Origin: Candidatus Peregrinibacteria bacterium | GTDB taxonomy: Bacteria; Patescibacteriota; Gracilibacteria; UBA1369 | Reading direction: 5' to 3' | Length of the DNA: 64,000 nt | Assembly: GCA_963708185.1 (NCBI GenBank) | Contig: OY970195.1 | Location: 352,001-416,000 of the forward strand | Shown here: positions 43,211 through 53,780 of the stretch, in pieces | Position numbering within the stretch: the stretch's first letter is position 1 | How the letters are laid out: every line of letters begins with the position of its first letter | Translations under genes and position numbers: made by a program | The notes under the pieces: model-generated | The model's input: only the letters and a program-made list of their open reading frames with translations | What the model was told of the DNA's origin: nothing | Databases searched by the model: none

Positions 43211-43625
43211 TCATTCATCGGAATGGTCTTTTTTTTCACGGAGTTTTTTCCGCAATTTTTCATCCAGGACGCACATTTCTTCGTCGTTATATCCGAAGTA
43301 GTGGGCGATTTCGTGCATGAGGACTTCCTGGATGAGATTTTTCAGCTTCTCCCAGGTCCCGAGAGTTCCGGACGATGGGTTCCTGGAAGATGCTTATTTT
43401 ACTCGGCTGGTCGCCCATTGTGGCCTGCCCCCACTGCGGTTTGGGGACGCCGTCAAAAAGTCCCAGCAGATTCCCGTGAACCCGGGCTCTCTGGAGTTGG
43501 GCGGCGGTGGGGTTTCTTTCGATGCGGATGGAAACATTTTGCATTTCGAACTTGAAGTGCACCGGGATGTTTTTCCAGGCGTCCGTGAGAAGGTCTTCGA
43601 ACTGTTCGTCGGTTATTTCGAGCAT
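43211..43625 (-). CDS. Zincin-like minimal metallopeptidase (frameshift near 43352)
   Basis: LLGLFDGVP..PSKISIFQEPI; removing one G from a GGG run gives EKLKNLIQEVLMHEIAHYFG (HExxH). Confidence 0.8.
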
Positions 43626-43635
43626 GTTTTGCGGT

Positions 43636-44099
43636 CTATTGTTTCTGTTGTTTTTTGAGCTTGCGTTGGCAGTCCTGACATAATCCCATGAATTCGAGGT
43701 AGTGGGAGTCCACGCGGAATTTTTTCCGGGTCTCGATTTTTTTTTCGAGTTTGGACATGTCTTCTCCTTCGATTTCATCGATTTTGTGACAGTTCCTGCA
43801 GAGGAGGTAATGATGACAGCGGACTTTTTTCCCGCCGAATTCGTCGGTATTGCAATGGATGTAGCCGTTGACGGCAAGCACTTTGTGCACGAGCGAGAGT
43901 TTCTCAAGGGTTTCAAGCACGCGGTAGATCGTTACGACGTCAGCCTTGATCTTTCTTTTTTTGAGAAGATCGCGCATGTCGTAGGGAGAAAGCGCCTTGT
44001 CGGTCTTGGCGAGAAGTTCGATGATGGTTTTGCGCTGTTCGGTGATCTTGAGCCGGCCTCCTTGAGCGCTTTTAAGGCAAAAGCTGTGTAGTGTTTCAT
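43636..44099 (-). CDS. Fur family regulator, Zur-like (frameshift near 44052)
   Basis: MKHYTAFALKALKEAG joins KITEQRKTIIELL if one base is added; TIYRVLETL, HHYLLCRNC and GLCQDC. Confidence 0.85.
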
Positions 44100-44176
44100 G
44101 AAATATTTATAAATCGGATATTATTTATACCATAGTTTGGATTTGCAGGACATAGCGGTTGTTCTATAATGTTGAT

Positions 44177-45088
44177 ATGTTTGCATTCCCGAGTCAGTTC
44201 AACGACGCACTTACCATTTTTCTGGGGATCATCGTCCAGGCAATTCCTTTTTTGCTTATCGGTGTCATCGTCTCGGCGTTATTAGCCCATTTTGTTCGGG
44301 AAGAATGGCTGCTTCGTCTTATTCCCAAGAACCGTTTCGGAGCCGTTCTGGTCGCTTGCGGCCTTGGGTTCTTGTTCCCGGTATGCGAATGCGGAAACGT
44401 TCCCGTGGCGAGACGGTTTATCCAAAAAGGAGTATCACCAGCCGTCGCTTTGACTTTTTTGCTTTCGGCTCCAGCCTTGAACCCGGTCGTCATTTTTGCC
44501 ACGTGGGCCGCTTTTAAAAATCAGCCGGAGGTTTTGTTGTTCCGAGTCGTTTTCACTTTCGTGATCGCTGCGGGCATCGGTCTTCTCTTCAGTTTCCATC
44601 CAAAGCAGGAAACTCTGCTCGCGAAACACGATTTTTTCCATAAAGACACCCTGAAATGCGACTGTTTTCACGGGAAGCATGTCTCAAAGTTTTTCAGTTT
44701 TTTTTCGACGGTCGTTCATGAATTCCTGGAGATGCTCTCGATTTTGGCTTTCGGTGCTTTTTTGGCATCTTTTCTGCAGGTCGTTATTCCGAGGGATTTG
44801 CTTTTGATCGTCGGCAAAGGGCCCATCCTTTCGGTCATCGCCATGGTGGCTTTTGCGTTTCTCCTTTCCGTTTGCGCCAACGTGGACGCTTTTATTGCAC
44901 TTTCCTATTCAAATTTGTTTACCGTTGGTTCACTCGTGGGGTTTTTGACTTTTGGTCCGATGATCGACCTCAAAAGCCTTTTTATGTTCAAGACGACCTT
45001 TACTTGGAGGACGATTGGTTTCGTCGCTTTGCTGGCGTTGCTTTTGACGTTCCTGTTTTGTTTCGGACTTAACGTGTTTCTTTATTGA
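44177..45088 (+). CDS. DUF318/YcgR-type permease
   Basis: PVCECGNVPVARR, LSAPALNP, SVCANVDAF and FGPMIDLK motifs. Confidence 0.85.
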   Translation: MFAFPSQFNDALTIFLGIIVQAIPFLLIGVIVSALLAHFVREEWLLRLIPKNRFGAVLVACGLGFLFPVCECGNVPVARRFIQKGVSPAVALTFLLSAPALNPVVIFATWAAFKNQPEVLLFRVVFTFVIAAGIGLLFSFHPKQETLLAKHDFFHKDTLKCDCFHGKHVSKFFSFFSTVVHEFLEMLSILAFGAFLASFLQVVIPRDLLLIVGKGPILSVIAMVAFAFLLSVCANVDAFIALSYSNLFTVGSLVGFLTFGPMIDLKSLFMFKTTFTWRTIGFVALLALLLTFLFCFGLNVFLY

Positions 45089-45093
45089 TTTTG

Positions 45094-45852
45094 ATGAAAA
45101 TGCATCTGAAAAAAGTTATTCATAGTGTTCTTCCTCCCTTGCTGACGATCGGCTACGGGGCGTATCTGCTCTGGCTTTTTTTTTCAAAGAAGCTGTTCCT
45201 TTTTGTCCAGCAAAATTATATTTATTTGAGCTTGGTCAGCGGGCTTTTTCTGCTTTTTACCGGAGTCGTGGGAATGTACCATCTTGTCGTAGAACTTAAG
45301 CGGCGCCGTGAGGAAGATGCTTTGGATGTCACGCATGAAGGGTCATTGTATTTTGTTGTTTTGATCATTCCGCTGCTTTTGGCTTTTCTGGTTCCACTGA
45401 AGCCGCTTTCCAGTGCAACTGCCGCGTTGAGAAGCGGAGGCATCAATACCGATGCGGCTTATACGGCTCCGCAGCGAAATATCTCGATGTTCGACGTTGA
45501 TACGACAAACCGGACTATCGTTGATTGGATTCAGCTTTTTACCCAAGATCCGGAACCCGACCGTTATAAAGGCCTCAAGGTGAAACTGGATGGATTTGTC
45601 CTTCGTGACAGCAGTCTTCCCGAGAATTATTTCCTTGTTTCCAGGTTCGTCATCTCATGCTGTGCGGCGGACGCCAGACCGGTCGGTATTCCCGTACATT
45701 TTGATCCTGCGAAATGGCAACTGAAGAACGACGATTGGGTCGAAGTCACCGGGACGCTCGACGCTGCAGAGATTCTTCAGGATCGGCAGCCGGTGGTCGA
45801 AGCCGAAAAGATACAACCTATTCCTGTGCCCGATAATCCCTATGCAAACTAA
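45094..45852 (+). CDS. TIGR03943/YcgQ-type membrane protein
   Basis: Three TMs; RFVISCCAADA, DDWVEVTG and PDNPY. Confidence 0.85.
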   Translation: MKMHLKKVIHSVLPPLLTIGYGAYLLWLFFSKKLFLFVQQNYIYLSLVSGLFLLFTGVVGMYHLVVELKRRREEDALDVTHEGSLYFVVLIIPLLLAFLVPLKPLSSATAALRSGGINTDAAYTAPQRNISMFDVDTTNRTIVDWIQLFTQDPEPDRYKGLKVKLDGFVLRDSSLPENYFLVSRFVISCCAADARPVGIPVHFDPAKWQLKNDDWVEVTGTLDAAEILQDRQPVVEAEKIQPIPVPDNPYAN

Positions 45853-47305
45853 ACGACTCACCATTCAGCAGTTTTTCGGCAGGTTGGCCACGTTGCTCGT
45901 GCTCCTGGCGATGGCGTGCGTCGTCCTGATCGTCGTCGGATTGAATGCGCCTCCCCGTGTCCTCGGGTATCAGTTGCTTCTGCCTTCCCAGGGAAGTACG
46001 CTGACTCAGATTGTTATTACTTTCAACCGCCCGATGGACCGTCATTCCGTTGAGGGTGGATTCGAGATCACGCCTCAGGTTTCGGGAAAGTACAGCTGGT
46101 CGGGTCGCTCGTTCGTTTTTACACCGGATGAGACCCTTCAGTACGACCAGCATTTCGAGGTGAAACTCTCCGCGAACGCCGTTGACGAGGACGGCCGGCA
46201 TCTTTCGGAAGATATGCGTTATGTTTTTAATACCCCGCAGCTGCAGTTTGTGTACGTCGGGGTGGATGGGGACGAAGCGGGGCGACTGGTTTTGAGTGAT
46301 TTTGACGGAAAAGAAAGAGATATTCTGACCCCTGAAGGTCTCCACATCGACAAGTTCGCCGTGACCAATGACCGTCATGAGATTTATTGTCTCGGGTACA
46401 CGGAAATCGTTGCTACGAATCACCGCGATGAACTTTACACCTTCAATTTGCAGACAAAAGAGTTTCATCAGCTCACCGATGACGCCAATTTCCTCAACAA
46501 AGATTTTTTCCTTGATCCGACGGGTAAACATCTTTTACTTTCCAGGGTTCAGGTCAGTCCCGCCGGGGTTTACCTGACAAAGCAGGAAGCATGGATAGCT
46601 TCAACCTCCGACAATGTTTTTCATAAGTTTTTGAACGGTGACGCGGTCGGTACCACTATGTTTTCTCCGGACGGTTCGTACATCCTTTACAAGAACCTTG
46701 ACGGGAATTACGAGGTGGCCAAAGTTGACGCACAGGATGACAAAGCTTCCGTGTTCGTGGGGAATTATGACGATTCTTACGGCTTTCATCCTTTCAAGCC
46801 TCTTTTGATCTTCAACCGCTATGATACGACCGATCTTTTTTCCATGAATAATTTCATGTTCCTGTTTTCGGGAAACGGCAGCGTTCAAAAAATCGATTTT
46901 CAGCAGCCCGGTCTATCCCGTGATACGGTATTTTTGCCCAACGGAAAGGGTTTTGTCACCATTTTTTCCAAAAAGGACGAAGCTTTCGACGACAAGGACT
47001 CTTTTTATCCGCTGAGGATTTTTCATGTATATTATTACGATCTGGAAAGACAGACTATGGAACAGCTCACCAGCGACATGGATTTTTCCGAGGAGGGTCA
47101 GGCGATTTCTCCGGATTCGCGCTACGTGCTCTTTCAACGCTATGAAACTTTTGGTCCTGATGTGGTCATCGATCCGGCATATCGCAGCGTTACCGACAGC
47201 CTTGGCAACGTCCAAAGCGGAGGGGAGATCTGGAGGATGGATTTGCAGACCGAGCAGCTTGTGAAACTTCCGATGAAAGGAACCGACCTGGAATTTTTGC
47301 CCTAG
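45842..47305 (+). CDS. Anchored Ig-like (Big_5) plus TolB-like beta-propeller protein
   Basis: ITFNRPMDRHSVE, FSPDGSYI and ISPDSRYVLF repeats. Confidence 0.75.
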   Translation: MQTKRLTIQQFFGRLATLLVLLAMACVVLIVVGLNAPPRVLGYQLLLPSQGSTLTQIVITFNRPMDRHSVEGGFEITPQVSGKYSWSGRSFVFTPDETLQYDQHFEVKLSANAVDEDGRHLSEDMRYVFNTPQLQFVYVGVDGDEAGRLVLSDFDGKERDILTPEGLHIDKFAVTNDRHEIYCLGYTEIVATNHRDELYTFNLQTKEFHQLTDDANFLNKDFFLDPTGKHLLLSRVQVSPAGVYLTKQEAWIASTSDNVFHKFLNGDAVGTTMFSPDGSYILYKNLDGNYEVAKVDAQDDKASVFVGNYDDSYGFHPFKPLLIFNRYDTTDLFSMNNFMFLFSGNGSVQKIDFQQPGLSRDTVFLPNGKGFVTIFSKKDEAFDDKDSFYPLRIFHVYYYDLERQTMEQLTSDMDFSEEGQAISPDSRYVLFQRYETFGPDVVIDPAYRSVTDSLGNVQSGGEIWRMDLQTEQLVKLPMKGTDLEFLP

Positions 47306-47405
47306 TGTGAAGGTTTTATTTTGATTTTACGCTTCGTGGTGGTAACATGTTGGCAAGTTTTTTCGATGCGTCTGCGTCGTTCCAGCAAGTTACCCCGGCT
47401 GACGT

Positions 47406-48614
47406 ATGATTTTTTTTAGTCAACTGCTTCGTGTTCCAATTATCGACAGCAAACAGGAGACGGTCGGACGTCTCAAGGATGTTGTCGTAAAATCTGGGAG
47501 GGACGATTACCCTCAGGTGAGCGGTATTTTGTTCAAGCAGGGAAAGTACCTTTCTTTTATTCCCTATCAATGTATCGAAACGCTGAGCAGGGGTGAGATC
47601 ACGCTCAGCAAATCCGATTGCTGGAAAGGGAATTTCGAGCCTTCAAAAGAAGAATTTTTGCTTTCAAGGGATGTTCTTGATCAGCAGATTTTTGACGTGA
47701 AGGGGATCCGTGTCGTTCGCGCCAATGATCTGCAGATGGTCAAGATCGACGATGATTTCTCCGTCGTCGGCATTGACGTCAGCAACAAGGCGCTTTTCCG
47801 CAGGTTGGGTATCGACGGGTTTCCTTTTTTCCGACATATGGAGTCGAAGTTCATCGACTGGCATAACGTCAGTCTCGTGAAGGGCCAGGTGGGAAGTCTT
47901 CAGTTAAAGACCACCCACGAAAAACTTCAGAAACTTCATCCCGCCGACGTTGCCAACCTTATTGAAAATCTTACGCTTCCCGAAAGTACCAAGCTCGTTC
48001 AGTCCCTTGATAAAGAGACTGCCGCTGAAGTTTTGGGGGAGGTTGAACCTGAATATAAGGATACTCTTCTTGAGCGGATCAATCCTAAACTGCTTGCCAC
48101 CATCATGGAGGAAATGCCGACCGATGAAGCCGTCGACGTGTTGAAGGACCTTTCCGACCATAAAAGAGTCCAGGTGTTCAGAAGACTGGGAGTGCGCAAG
48201 GCAAAGACTCTCCATAAGCTTTCGGGCTATCGCGACGATATTGCCGGAGGTCTCATGACGTCTGAGTTCATGAGTGTGAACAGGGATTCGAGCGTCGCTC
48301 AGGCCGTCAAGGAAATTCGTAAAAAATCCGACGACTACCCGACGCTTTATCATGTCTACGTGGTGGATGACGAAAAACACCTTCAGGGTGTCGTTTCCAT
48401 CCGTACATTGTTGCTTTCATCGCCACGTAAAAAGATCGAGGAACTGATGTCGAAAGTGGTGAAGACGATCAGACTCCACACCAAAGCTGAAGACATCGCC
48501 AGACTGATGACGAAGTACGATCTTCTTTCCATGGCGGTCGTCGACCGCAGCAAAGTCATCAGGGGCATCGTGACGGTTGACGATATTCTTCGTTTACTTA
48601 TTCCTGACGCGTAA
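47406..48614 (+). CDS. MgtE-like cytosolic protein (PRC, MgtE_N, CBS; no TM domain)
   Basis: LHPADVANL, MPTDEAVD, AGGLMTSE, GIVTVDDI. Confidence 0.85.
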   Translation: MIFFSQLLRVPIIDSKQETVGRLKDVVVKSGRDDYPQVSGILFKQGKYLSFIPYQCIETLSRGEITLSKSDCWKGNFEPSKEEFLLSRDVLDQQIFDVKGIRVVRANDLQMVKIDDDFSVVGIDVSNKALFRRLGIDGFPFFRHMESKFIDWHNVSLVKGQVGSLQLKTTHEKLQKLHPADVANLIENLTLPESTKLVQSLDKETAAEVLGEVEPEYKDTLLERINPKLLATIMEEMPTDEAVDVLKDLSDHKRVQVFRRLGVRKAKTLHKLSGYRDDIAGGLMTSEFMSVNRDSSVAQAVKEIRKKSDDYPTLYHVYVVDDEKHLQGVVSIRTLLLSSPRKKIEELMSKVVKTIRLHTKAEDIARLMTKYDLLSMAVVDRSKVIRGIVTVDDILRLLIPDA

Positions 48615-48620
48615 TCGGTT

Positions 48621-49892
48621 ATGCAAACACTTGAGAAGGAGATCAAACCTACGCATCTCCAGAAATTCAAGATGAAATGGCTGCTGATTTTGGCGGTCAT
48701 CGGACCCGGGATTATCGCCGGGACCGCCGACAACGATGCCGGCGGCATTGCCACGTATTCCGTGACGGGCGCCAGTTTCGGTTACAAGATGTTGTGGATT
48801 CTTTTCCTCATCACGTTCGTGCTGGCCATCACCCAGGAGATGGGCGCCCGTCTCGGGTTGGTGACGGGGAAAGGCCTGGCCGCTTTGATCAGAGAAAATT
48901 TCAGTCTGAAAACGACGACGTTCGTGGTTTTGGTGACGTTCATCGCCAACTGGGCCAACATTCTCGCGGAGTATGCCGGCGTTTCCAGTGTCGCCGATAT
49001 TTACGGCGTTCCCCATTATGTCGCCATACCCTTAGCCGCCGTCTTGACGTGGTACGTGGTGTACAAAGGGTCTTTTAAATCCGTCCAGAAAATATTCCTC
49101 ACGTCATCGTTGCTCTTTTTTGCCTATATCATCGCCGGGTTTCTGGCGCATCCCGACTGGGGTGACGTTTTGAAAGGGACCTTCGTGCCCCAGATTGAAT
49201 GGTCCGCGAATTTTTTCTACACTGCGGTGGCTTTGATCGGTACGACGATTACCGCCTGGGGGCAGTTTTTCGTCCAGTCCTATTACGTGGACAAAGGCGT
49301 GGCTTCCGAACATTTGAACTATTCGCGTTGGGATGTTTTCGCCGGAGCTTTTTGGACGAACTTCGTGGCGTTTTTCATCGTCCTTGCCACGGCGGCGACG
49401 CTCTACAAAGCGGGAATCAACATCACCGATGCCGGGCAGGCGGCGGTCGCGCTTGAACCTTTTGTCGGAGCGTTTGCCAAACATCTTTTCGCCTGGGGAC
49501 TTCTCAACGCTTCGCTGCTCGGACTGGCGGTGGTTTCCATGACTTCCTCCTACGTTGTGACCGAAGCTTTCGGCTGGGAAGGTCGTGTCGACCTGAAACA
49601 GGAATCCCCGGCTTTTTACGGAATTTTCGCTTTCTGTATTTTTTCGGCGGCTTTGGCCATACTTCTTCCGGGATTGCCGCTCGTTGATATCCTCGTTGGT
49701 TCGCAGATGCTCAATACGTTCGTCCTGCCGGTGCTGTTTATTGCCATTCTTGTCCTTTTGAACCGGGAAAGTCTGATGGGGAAGTTCAAGAACACGCTTT
49801 TCGTGAACGTCGTTTCATGGATTTCGGTCGTTTTCGTCACCTTGATGGCCGGGACGCTGCTTGTGATGACCTTTTCGAATTTCGGACATTAA
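48621..49892 (+). CDS. NRAMP-family divalent cation transporter (Mg-type, partner of MgtE-like protein)
   Basis: GPGII..ADNDAGGIATYS, QEMGARLGLVTGKGL, GTTITAW. Confidence 0.88.
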   Translation: MQTLEKEIKPTHLQKFKMKWLLILAVIGPGIIAGTADNDAGGIATYSVTGASFGYKMLWILFLITFVLAITQEMGARLGLVTGKGLAALIRENFSLKTTTFVVLVTFIANWANILAEYAGVSSVADIYGVPHYVAIPLAAVLTWYVVYKGSFKSVQKIFLTSSLLFFAYIIAGFLAHPDWGDVLKGTFVPQIEWSANFFYTAVALIGTTITAWGQFFVQSYYVDKGVASEHLNYSRWDVFAGAFWTNFVAFFIVLATAATLYKAGINITDAGQAAVALEPFVGAFAKHLFAWGLLNASLLGLAVVSMTSSYVVTEAFGWEGRVDLKQESPAFYGIFAFCIFSAALAILLPGLPLVDILVGSQMLNTFVLPVLFIAILVLLNRESLMGKFKNTLFVNVVSWISVVFVTLMAGTLLVMTFSNFGH

Positions 49893-49944
49893 AATCTTGA
49901 AATGGGCATGGGCATGTGATACTTTTCCTTCGCTTTTTACGCAT

Positions 49945-50020
49945 GGACGCTTAGCTCAGTTGGTAGAGCATCTCGTTTACACCGAGAGGGTCGGGGGTTC
50001 GAGCCCCTCAGCGTCCACCA
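49945..50020 (+). tRNA. tRNA-Val(TAC)
   Basis: GGACGCT...AGCGTCC-A-CCA; loop TTTACAC. Confidence 0.96.
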
Positions 50021-50034
50021 GGACACATTGTAAG

Positions 50035-50065
50035 AAAAAACCCCGCTTTTGGACGGGGCTTTTTT
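50035..50065. terminator. Bidirectional terminator
   Basis: AAAAAACCCCG-loop-CGGGGCTTTTTT. Confidence 0.65.
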
Positions 50066-50086
50066 GTGACTCGCGATGTTGGTTGA

Positions 50087-51052
50087 TCAGATGGTGGGGA
50101 CTTCGATGGGAGGTTTGACGATAATGGTCCCTTTCATCGTAGGATGGATCGTGCAGTGGTAGGTGAAGGTCCCGTTATTGTTGTAGGTGTGGAAAAAGGT
50201 TTGTCCGGGCTGGATCGTTCCGCTGAAAAACGATTGATCGTCGCTCATGACGGTGTGGGCTACCGAGTCTTTGTTGATCCATTCCACGGTTGTTCCGGTG
50301 CCGATGGTCATGCTGTCTTTGACGAAGGCCATGTCCTGGATATTGACCACCAACGTTAAAGGTCCGTTCGACGTTTGTTGGGTTTGTTGCTGCGTCTGTT
50401 GATTCTGCTGGTTGGAGGAAGTGTTGTGGATCGAGTTGTAGAGAAGTTGCGCCAGTTTTCCGCGGGTCATGCCTTGTGCCGGGGAAATCATGTTGTTGGC
50501 GTTTCCGGAAATCCATTGCTGTTCTTTGGCGTACTCGACGTATTTCGCGTACCATTGATTGGCAAAAGCGTCGGCGAAAGGATTGCTGACCACCACGATG
50601 CGATCGAGGTTGATGTTTTTGGTATTGATGAGCATCTTGAGGTTTTCAACCAGATTGACGGTCTGGGTTGGTTTGAATGTGCCGTCAGGGTAGCCGTTGA
50701 CGACACCGAGGCTTTTCGCCTTCAAAAGATATTTCGCGTACCATTCGGTTGCTAGAGTGTCGCTGAATCCTCCGGTGCCGGTATTGTCGGGAACAACCAC
50801 GCTTGCCCCAAGAAGAATGATTTTCAAGGCTTCGACTCTGTTGACGGTCTGGGTTGGTTTGAATGTGCCGTCAGGATAGCCGTCAATGATACCGCGAGCT
50901 TTCAAGTCCATGATAGCGGTATAGTTCGGGTGGCTCACAGGGACGTCACTAAATCCGCTTGTTTGCGCCATGGTCGTGGCGACCGATATCGGCAGGGTCA
51001 GCATGAGGATGGCACCTGCCGCGATGCCCGCAAGGGTTTGTTTTCCTTTCAT
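50087..51052 (-). CDS. Secreted SLH plus cupredoxin protein, paralog of 13051-14145
   Basis: Signal peptide; GYPDGTFKP twice; Q/T linker; HTVM and YHCTIHPTM. Confidence 0.88.
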   Translation of the reverse strand: MKGKQTLAGIAAGAILMLTLPISVATTMAQTSGFSDVPVSHPNYTAIMDLKARGIIDGYPDGTFKPTQTVNRVEALKIILLGASVVVPDNTGTGGFSDTLATEWYAKYLLKAKSLGVVNGYPDGTFKPTQTVNLVENLKMLINTKNINLDRIVVVSNPFADAFANQWYAKYVEYAKEQQWISGNANNMISPAQGMTRGKLAQLLYNSIHNTSSNQQNQQTQQQTQQTSNGPLTLVVNIQDMAFVKDSMTIGTGTTVEWINKDSVAHTVMSDDQSFFSGTIQPGQTFFHTYNNNGTFTYHCTIHPTMKGTIIVKPPIEVPTI

Positions 51053-51119
51053 AGAGTGATCAAAAAGATATAAGGCTTATCTATGATCCTATCCTATATC
51101 TTGATGATTGTGAATTTTT

Positions 51120-53690
51120 TTAGAAGTCGAATTTTTTGAAGAAGAATTTTTTGGTGAGTTCCGCGGCGATGAAGTAGGCCGTGACGATACCGCAGATGAA
51201 GAGGATCATCGAGCCGTTGAGTTCGACGAACTCGAAGGTCGAGCTGATCGGCGTATACACGAGTATGAGCAGCATGACGACAACGGCCGCTGACATCCAG
51301 AAGAGCATTTTTCCCGGCATACTTTTGAAGAAAGGTTTTTTGGTTCGGATGGCGAAGGTCACGACGATTTCAGACAACGCGGATTCGAAAAACCAGGCGG
51401 TCCTGAAAAGTCCTGGCCCGGTCTGGAAGGCGAAAAGAAGGCTCAGGATAAGCGTCATGTCGAAGGCGGTACTGAGCAGGCCGAAGAAGGTCATGAACGA
51501 TCTGATCATCTTGATGTCCAGTTTTTTTGGCCTTTTCAACTGTTCCTGGTCGATGTTGTCGGTGGCGATGGCCAGCATCGGCGTATCTGTCAGAAGGTTG
51601 TTGAGAAGGATCTGTGAAGGGAGGAGGGGAATGAACTTCAGGAAAAGCGATGATGCGGCGACGGTAAACATGTTGCCGTAGTTGGCGCTCACGGTATTCA
51701 GGATGTACTTGGTGATGTTGGTAAAGATTTTTCTTCCTTCTATGATGCCTTCGGCGATGACGCCGAGACCGTTTTGCAGAAGAATGATATCAGCCGCTTC
51801 CTTTGCGATGTCGGTAGCAGTATTCACGGAAATGCCCACGTCGGCGATCTTCAGTGCAGGGGCGTCGTTGACGCCGTCGCCCATGAAGGCGATGGTCCTC
51901 TCTGGCCCGGTGTTGAGGGTGTTGACGATCTTATATTTGTGTTCGGGAGTTATTCGTGAAAAAACGTTGTATTTCAAAACGGCCTCATTGAACTGCTTTT
52001 CGTCCATGGCATCGAGTTCGTCGCCCGTCAGGATTTTTCCGCCCAGAATTTCAAGCCCTACCTTTTTACAGATAGCGTCGGTTACCAGCGGATCATCCCC
52101 GCTGAGCACTTTGATCTCCACTCCCATTTTTTTCATCTTATCCAGTGAGCTTTTGGCGGTTTTGCGTGGAGGATCGATGAAGACAATGAAACCGAGCAGC
52201 GTCAGGTCTTTTTCATCCTCTTTCTTGGAATGATCGCTGTCCCATTCTTTGAAGGCTATGCTGATAGTGCTGTAACCCTGGCTGCGGTATTTATTGACGG
52301 TCTTGAGATATTTTTCGGTGTAGACATGGTTCATCGCGAGATCCTTGTCTCCGATGGAGATTTTTGTCGTGACCTGGGCGAGTGATTCCATGGCGCCTTT
52401 GACGACGAGATATTTTTTTCCGTCCGGCGCCTGGACGACCACGCTCATGCGGCGGCGTTTGTAGTCGAATTCATTGTGGTCGAGTATTTTATATTTGTTG
52501 AAGGTACTCATGACTTTGTTTTTTTTGCTGCTCTCCCAGATGGCACGGTCGATGATGTTTCCCTGGATTTTTTTCTTGTGCACGATGGCGTTATTGCAAA
52601 GCAGACCGTAAACGAGAAGCATGTCGTCGGGCTTTTCCTCGGCGTTGAAGTAGTTTTCCAGAGACAGTTTGCCTTCGGTCAGCGTACCGGTTTTGTCCGT
52701 ACAGATGACGTCCATATTCCCGAGATCTTCGATCGATGTAAGTTTCTTGACGATTACTTTCGCTTTGGCCAGCTTCCTGGCTCCTTTGGAGAGACTGATG
52801 GTAATGATGACGGGGAGCGCTTCTGGGGTGATGCCCACGGCGAGCGCCAACGCAAAAAGGAAAGATTCCAGGAAGCCGTGCTGGAGAACGGCGTTGACGA
52901 CGAAAATGAAAACGGTCATGACGATGATGATTTTCAGGAGAAAATTGCTGAAACTGCTGATGCTTTTTTCAAAGTCGGAGACCGTTTCGGGTGCTTTTAA
53001 ATATGATGCGGTTTTGCCGAAGAAGGTTTTTTCACCGGTCGCGATGACAACGCCGGAACCGCTTCCGCTCATGATGTGGGTTCCCATAAAGGCAATGTTT
53101 TTGAGGTACTGAGGCAGCGTCCGGGAGTCGGGAGTCACGGTGGTGGTTTTTATCACAGGCACGGATTCTCCGGTGAGTGAAGATTCGTCGATGGTCATTT
53201 CATCCTGTTGGAGGAGCCTCATGTCCGCGGGAACCACATCGCCGATATTCAGAAAAACAATGTCTCCCGGGACGACGTACTTGGTGTCTATTTCCACTTT
53301 TTGGCCGTTCCTGAGCACTTTTGCCTTGTGCCCGATGAGTTTTCTTAACGCCCGTACCGTTTTTTCGGCGCGGAATTCCTGGATGAAGCCGAGGATGCCG
53401 TTGATGACGACGATGACCAGAATGATGACGGCATCGGTCCTTTCCCCGAGAAAAAACGCGACGATGCTTGCGACGATCAATACAAAAATCAGGGGATTGG
53501 TGAACTGTTCTATGAAAATAGTGACTCCGGATTTTTTGTCTTTTTTGGCGATTTCGTTGAGTCCCTGGCTTTTCAATCTTTTTTGGACCTGTGAAGTTGA
53601 GAGACCTTCCTCGCTGGTTTGAAGATTTTTTAAAAGTTCAGGGGTCTTCTGCGCCCACATGTGGGTGGGCTTGGGGGCTTTTTTCGTCAT
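51120..53690 (-). CDS. mgtA: Mg2+-translocating P-type ATPase (MgtA-like)
   Basis: LTGES, AVGITPEALP, DKTGTLT, GDGVNDAP, SANYGNMF, QILLNNLLTD. Confidence 0.85.
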   Translation of the reverse strand: MTKKAPKPTHMWAQKTPELLKNLQTSEEGLSTSQVQKRLKSQGLNEIAKKDKKSGVTIFIEQFTNPLIFVLIVASIVAFFLGERTDAVIILVIVVINGILGFIQEFRAEKTVRALRKLIGHKAKVLRNGQKVEIDTKYVVPGDIVFLNIGDVVPADMRLLQQDEMTIDESSLTGESVPVIKTTTVTPDSRTLPQYLKNIAFMGTHIMSGSGSGVVIATGEKTFFGKTASYLKAPETVSDFEKSISSFSNFLLKIIIVMTVFIFVVNAVLQHGFLESFLFALALAVGITPEALPVIITISLSKGARKLAKAKVIVKKLTSIEDLGNMDVICTDKTGTLTEGKLSLENYFNAEEKPDDMLLVYGLLCNNAIVHKKKIQGNIIDRAIWESSKKNKVMSTFNKYKILDHNEFDYKRRRMSVVVQAPDGKKYLVVKGAMESLAQVTTKISIGDKDLAMNHVYTEKYLKTVNKYRSQGYSTISIAFKEWDSDHSKKEDEKDLTLLGFIVFIDPPRKTAKSSLDKMKKMGVEIKVLSGDDPLVTDAICKKVGLEILGGKILTGDELDAMDEKQFNEAVLKYNVFSRITPEHKYKIVNTLNTGPERTIAFMGDGVNDAPALKIADVGISVNTATDIAKEAADIILLQNGLGVIAEGIIEGRKIFTNITKYILNTVSANYGNMFTVAASSLFLKFIPLLPSQILLNNLLTDTPMLAIATDNIDQEQLKRPKKLDIKMIRSFMTFFGLLSTAFDMTLILSLLFAFQTGPGLFRTAWFFESALSEIVVTFAIRTKKPFFKSMPGKMLFWMSAAVVVMLLILVYTPISSTFEFVELNGSMILFICGIVTAYFIAAELTKKFFFKKFDF

Positions 53691-53780
53691 GAGAAAGGCG
53701 ATAATGGATTTTTTTATGTTCCAAATATTATATCATGTATAATGGTTAAGCTCAATAAGCCCATATTCATTTTTTACCTT

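Noticed and set aside
47306-47405. M-box or yybP riboswitch before the Mg/Mn transporters (also upstream of mgtA)
   Set aside because: Intergenic regions too short and no recognisable consensus
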